Source of the DNA: Octopus vulgaris
Lineage: Eukaryota
Direction of reading: 5' to 3'
Assembly: GCA_951406725.2 (NCBI GenBank)
Contig: OX597834.1
Location: forward strand, 41,788,001-41,852,000
Length of the DNA: 64,000 bases
This document shows positions 63,946 through 64,000 of the stretch, in pieces. A program made the position numbers and the translations under genes. How positions within the stretch are numbered: position 1 is the stretch's first letter; each line of letters begins with the position of its first letter. The notes below the pieces were generated by a model. That model was not told where the DNA came from. It searched no databases and saw only the letters and a list, made by a program, of their open reading frames with translations.

Positions 63946-64000
63946 AGGGGCTTCTTTCAGTTTCCGTCTACCAAATCCACTCACAAGGCTTTGGTCGGCC

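Overview
Eukaryotic, AT-rich, microsatellite- and SINE-dense genomic DNA; the repeat families point to an octopus (inference). Almost every ORF in the supplied track is a microsatellite or repeat artefact. Reading splice signals by hand gives two real spliced genes arranged head-to-head. (1) GNL1 on the minus strand, first five coding exons 55091-55010, 45845-45731, 33458-33371, 32810-32682 and 570-430, encoding 185 aa (MPRKKPFSVKQKKKQLQDKRE...LETWRQLWRVLEMSDIILLIIDIRHP) and continuing left of the window. (2) ATAT1/MEC-17 alpha-tubulin acetyltransferase on the plus strand, coding exons 60613-60704, 61642-61705 and 63053-63141, continuing right of the window; these exons are not called in the ORF track. 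The human orthologues of both genes lie close together in the MHC class I region, so this may be a relic of ancient linkage. The introns hold three tRNA-type SINE families, RTE LINE 3' fragments, mariner/hAT/Tc1 MITEs, non-autonomous Helitrons, minisatellites, foldback inverted repeats, and two Penelope-type minimal hammerhead ribozyme candidates in the sense orientation of the GNL1 pre-mRNA. Repeat boundaries are approximate and only representative copies are listed.
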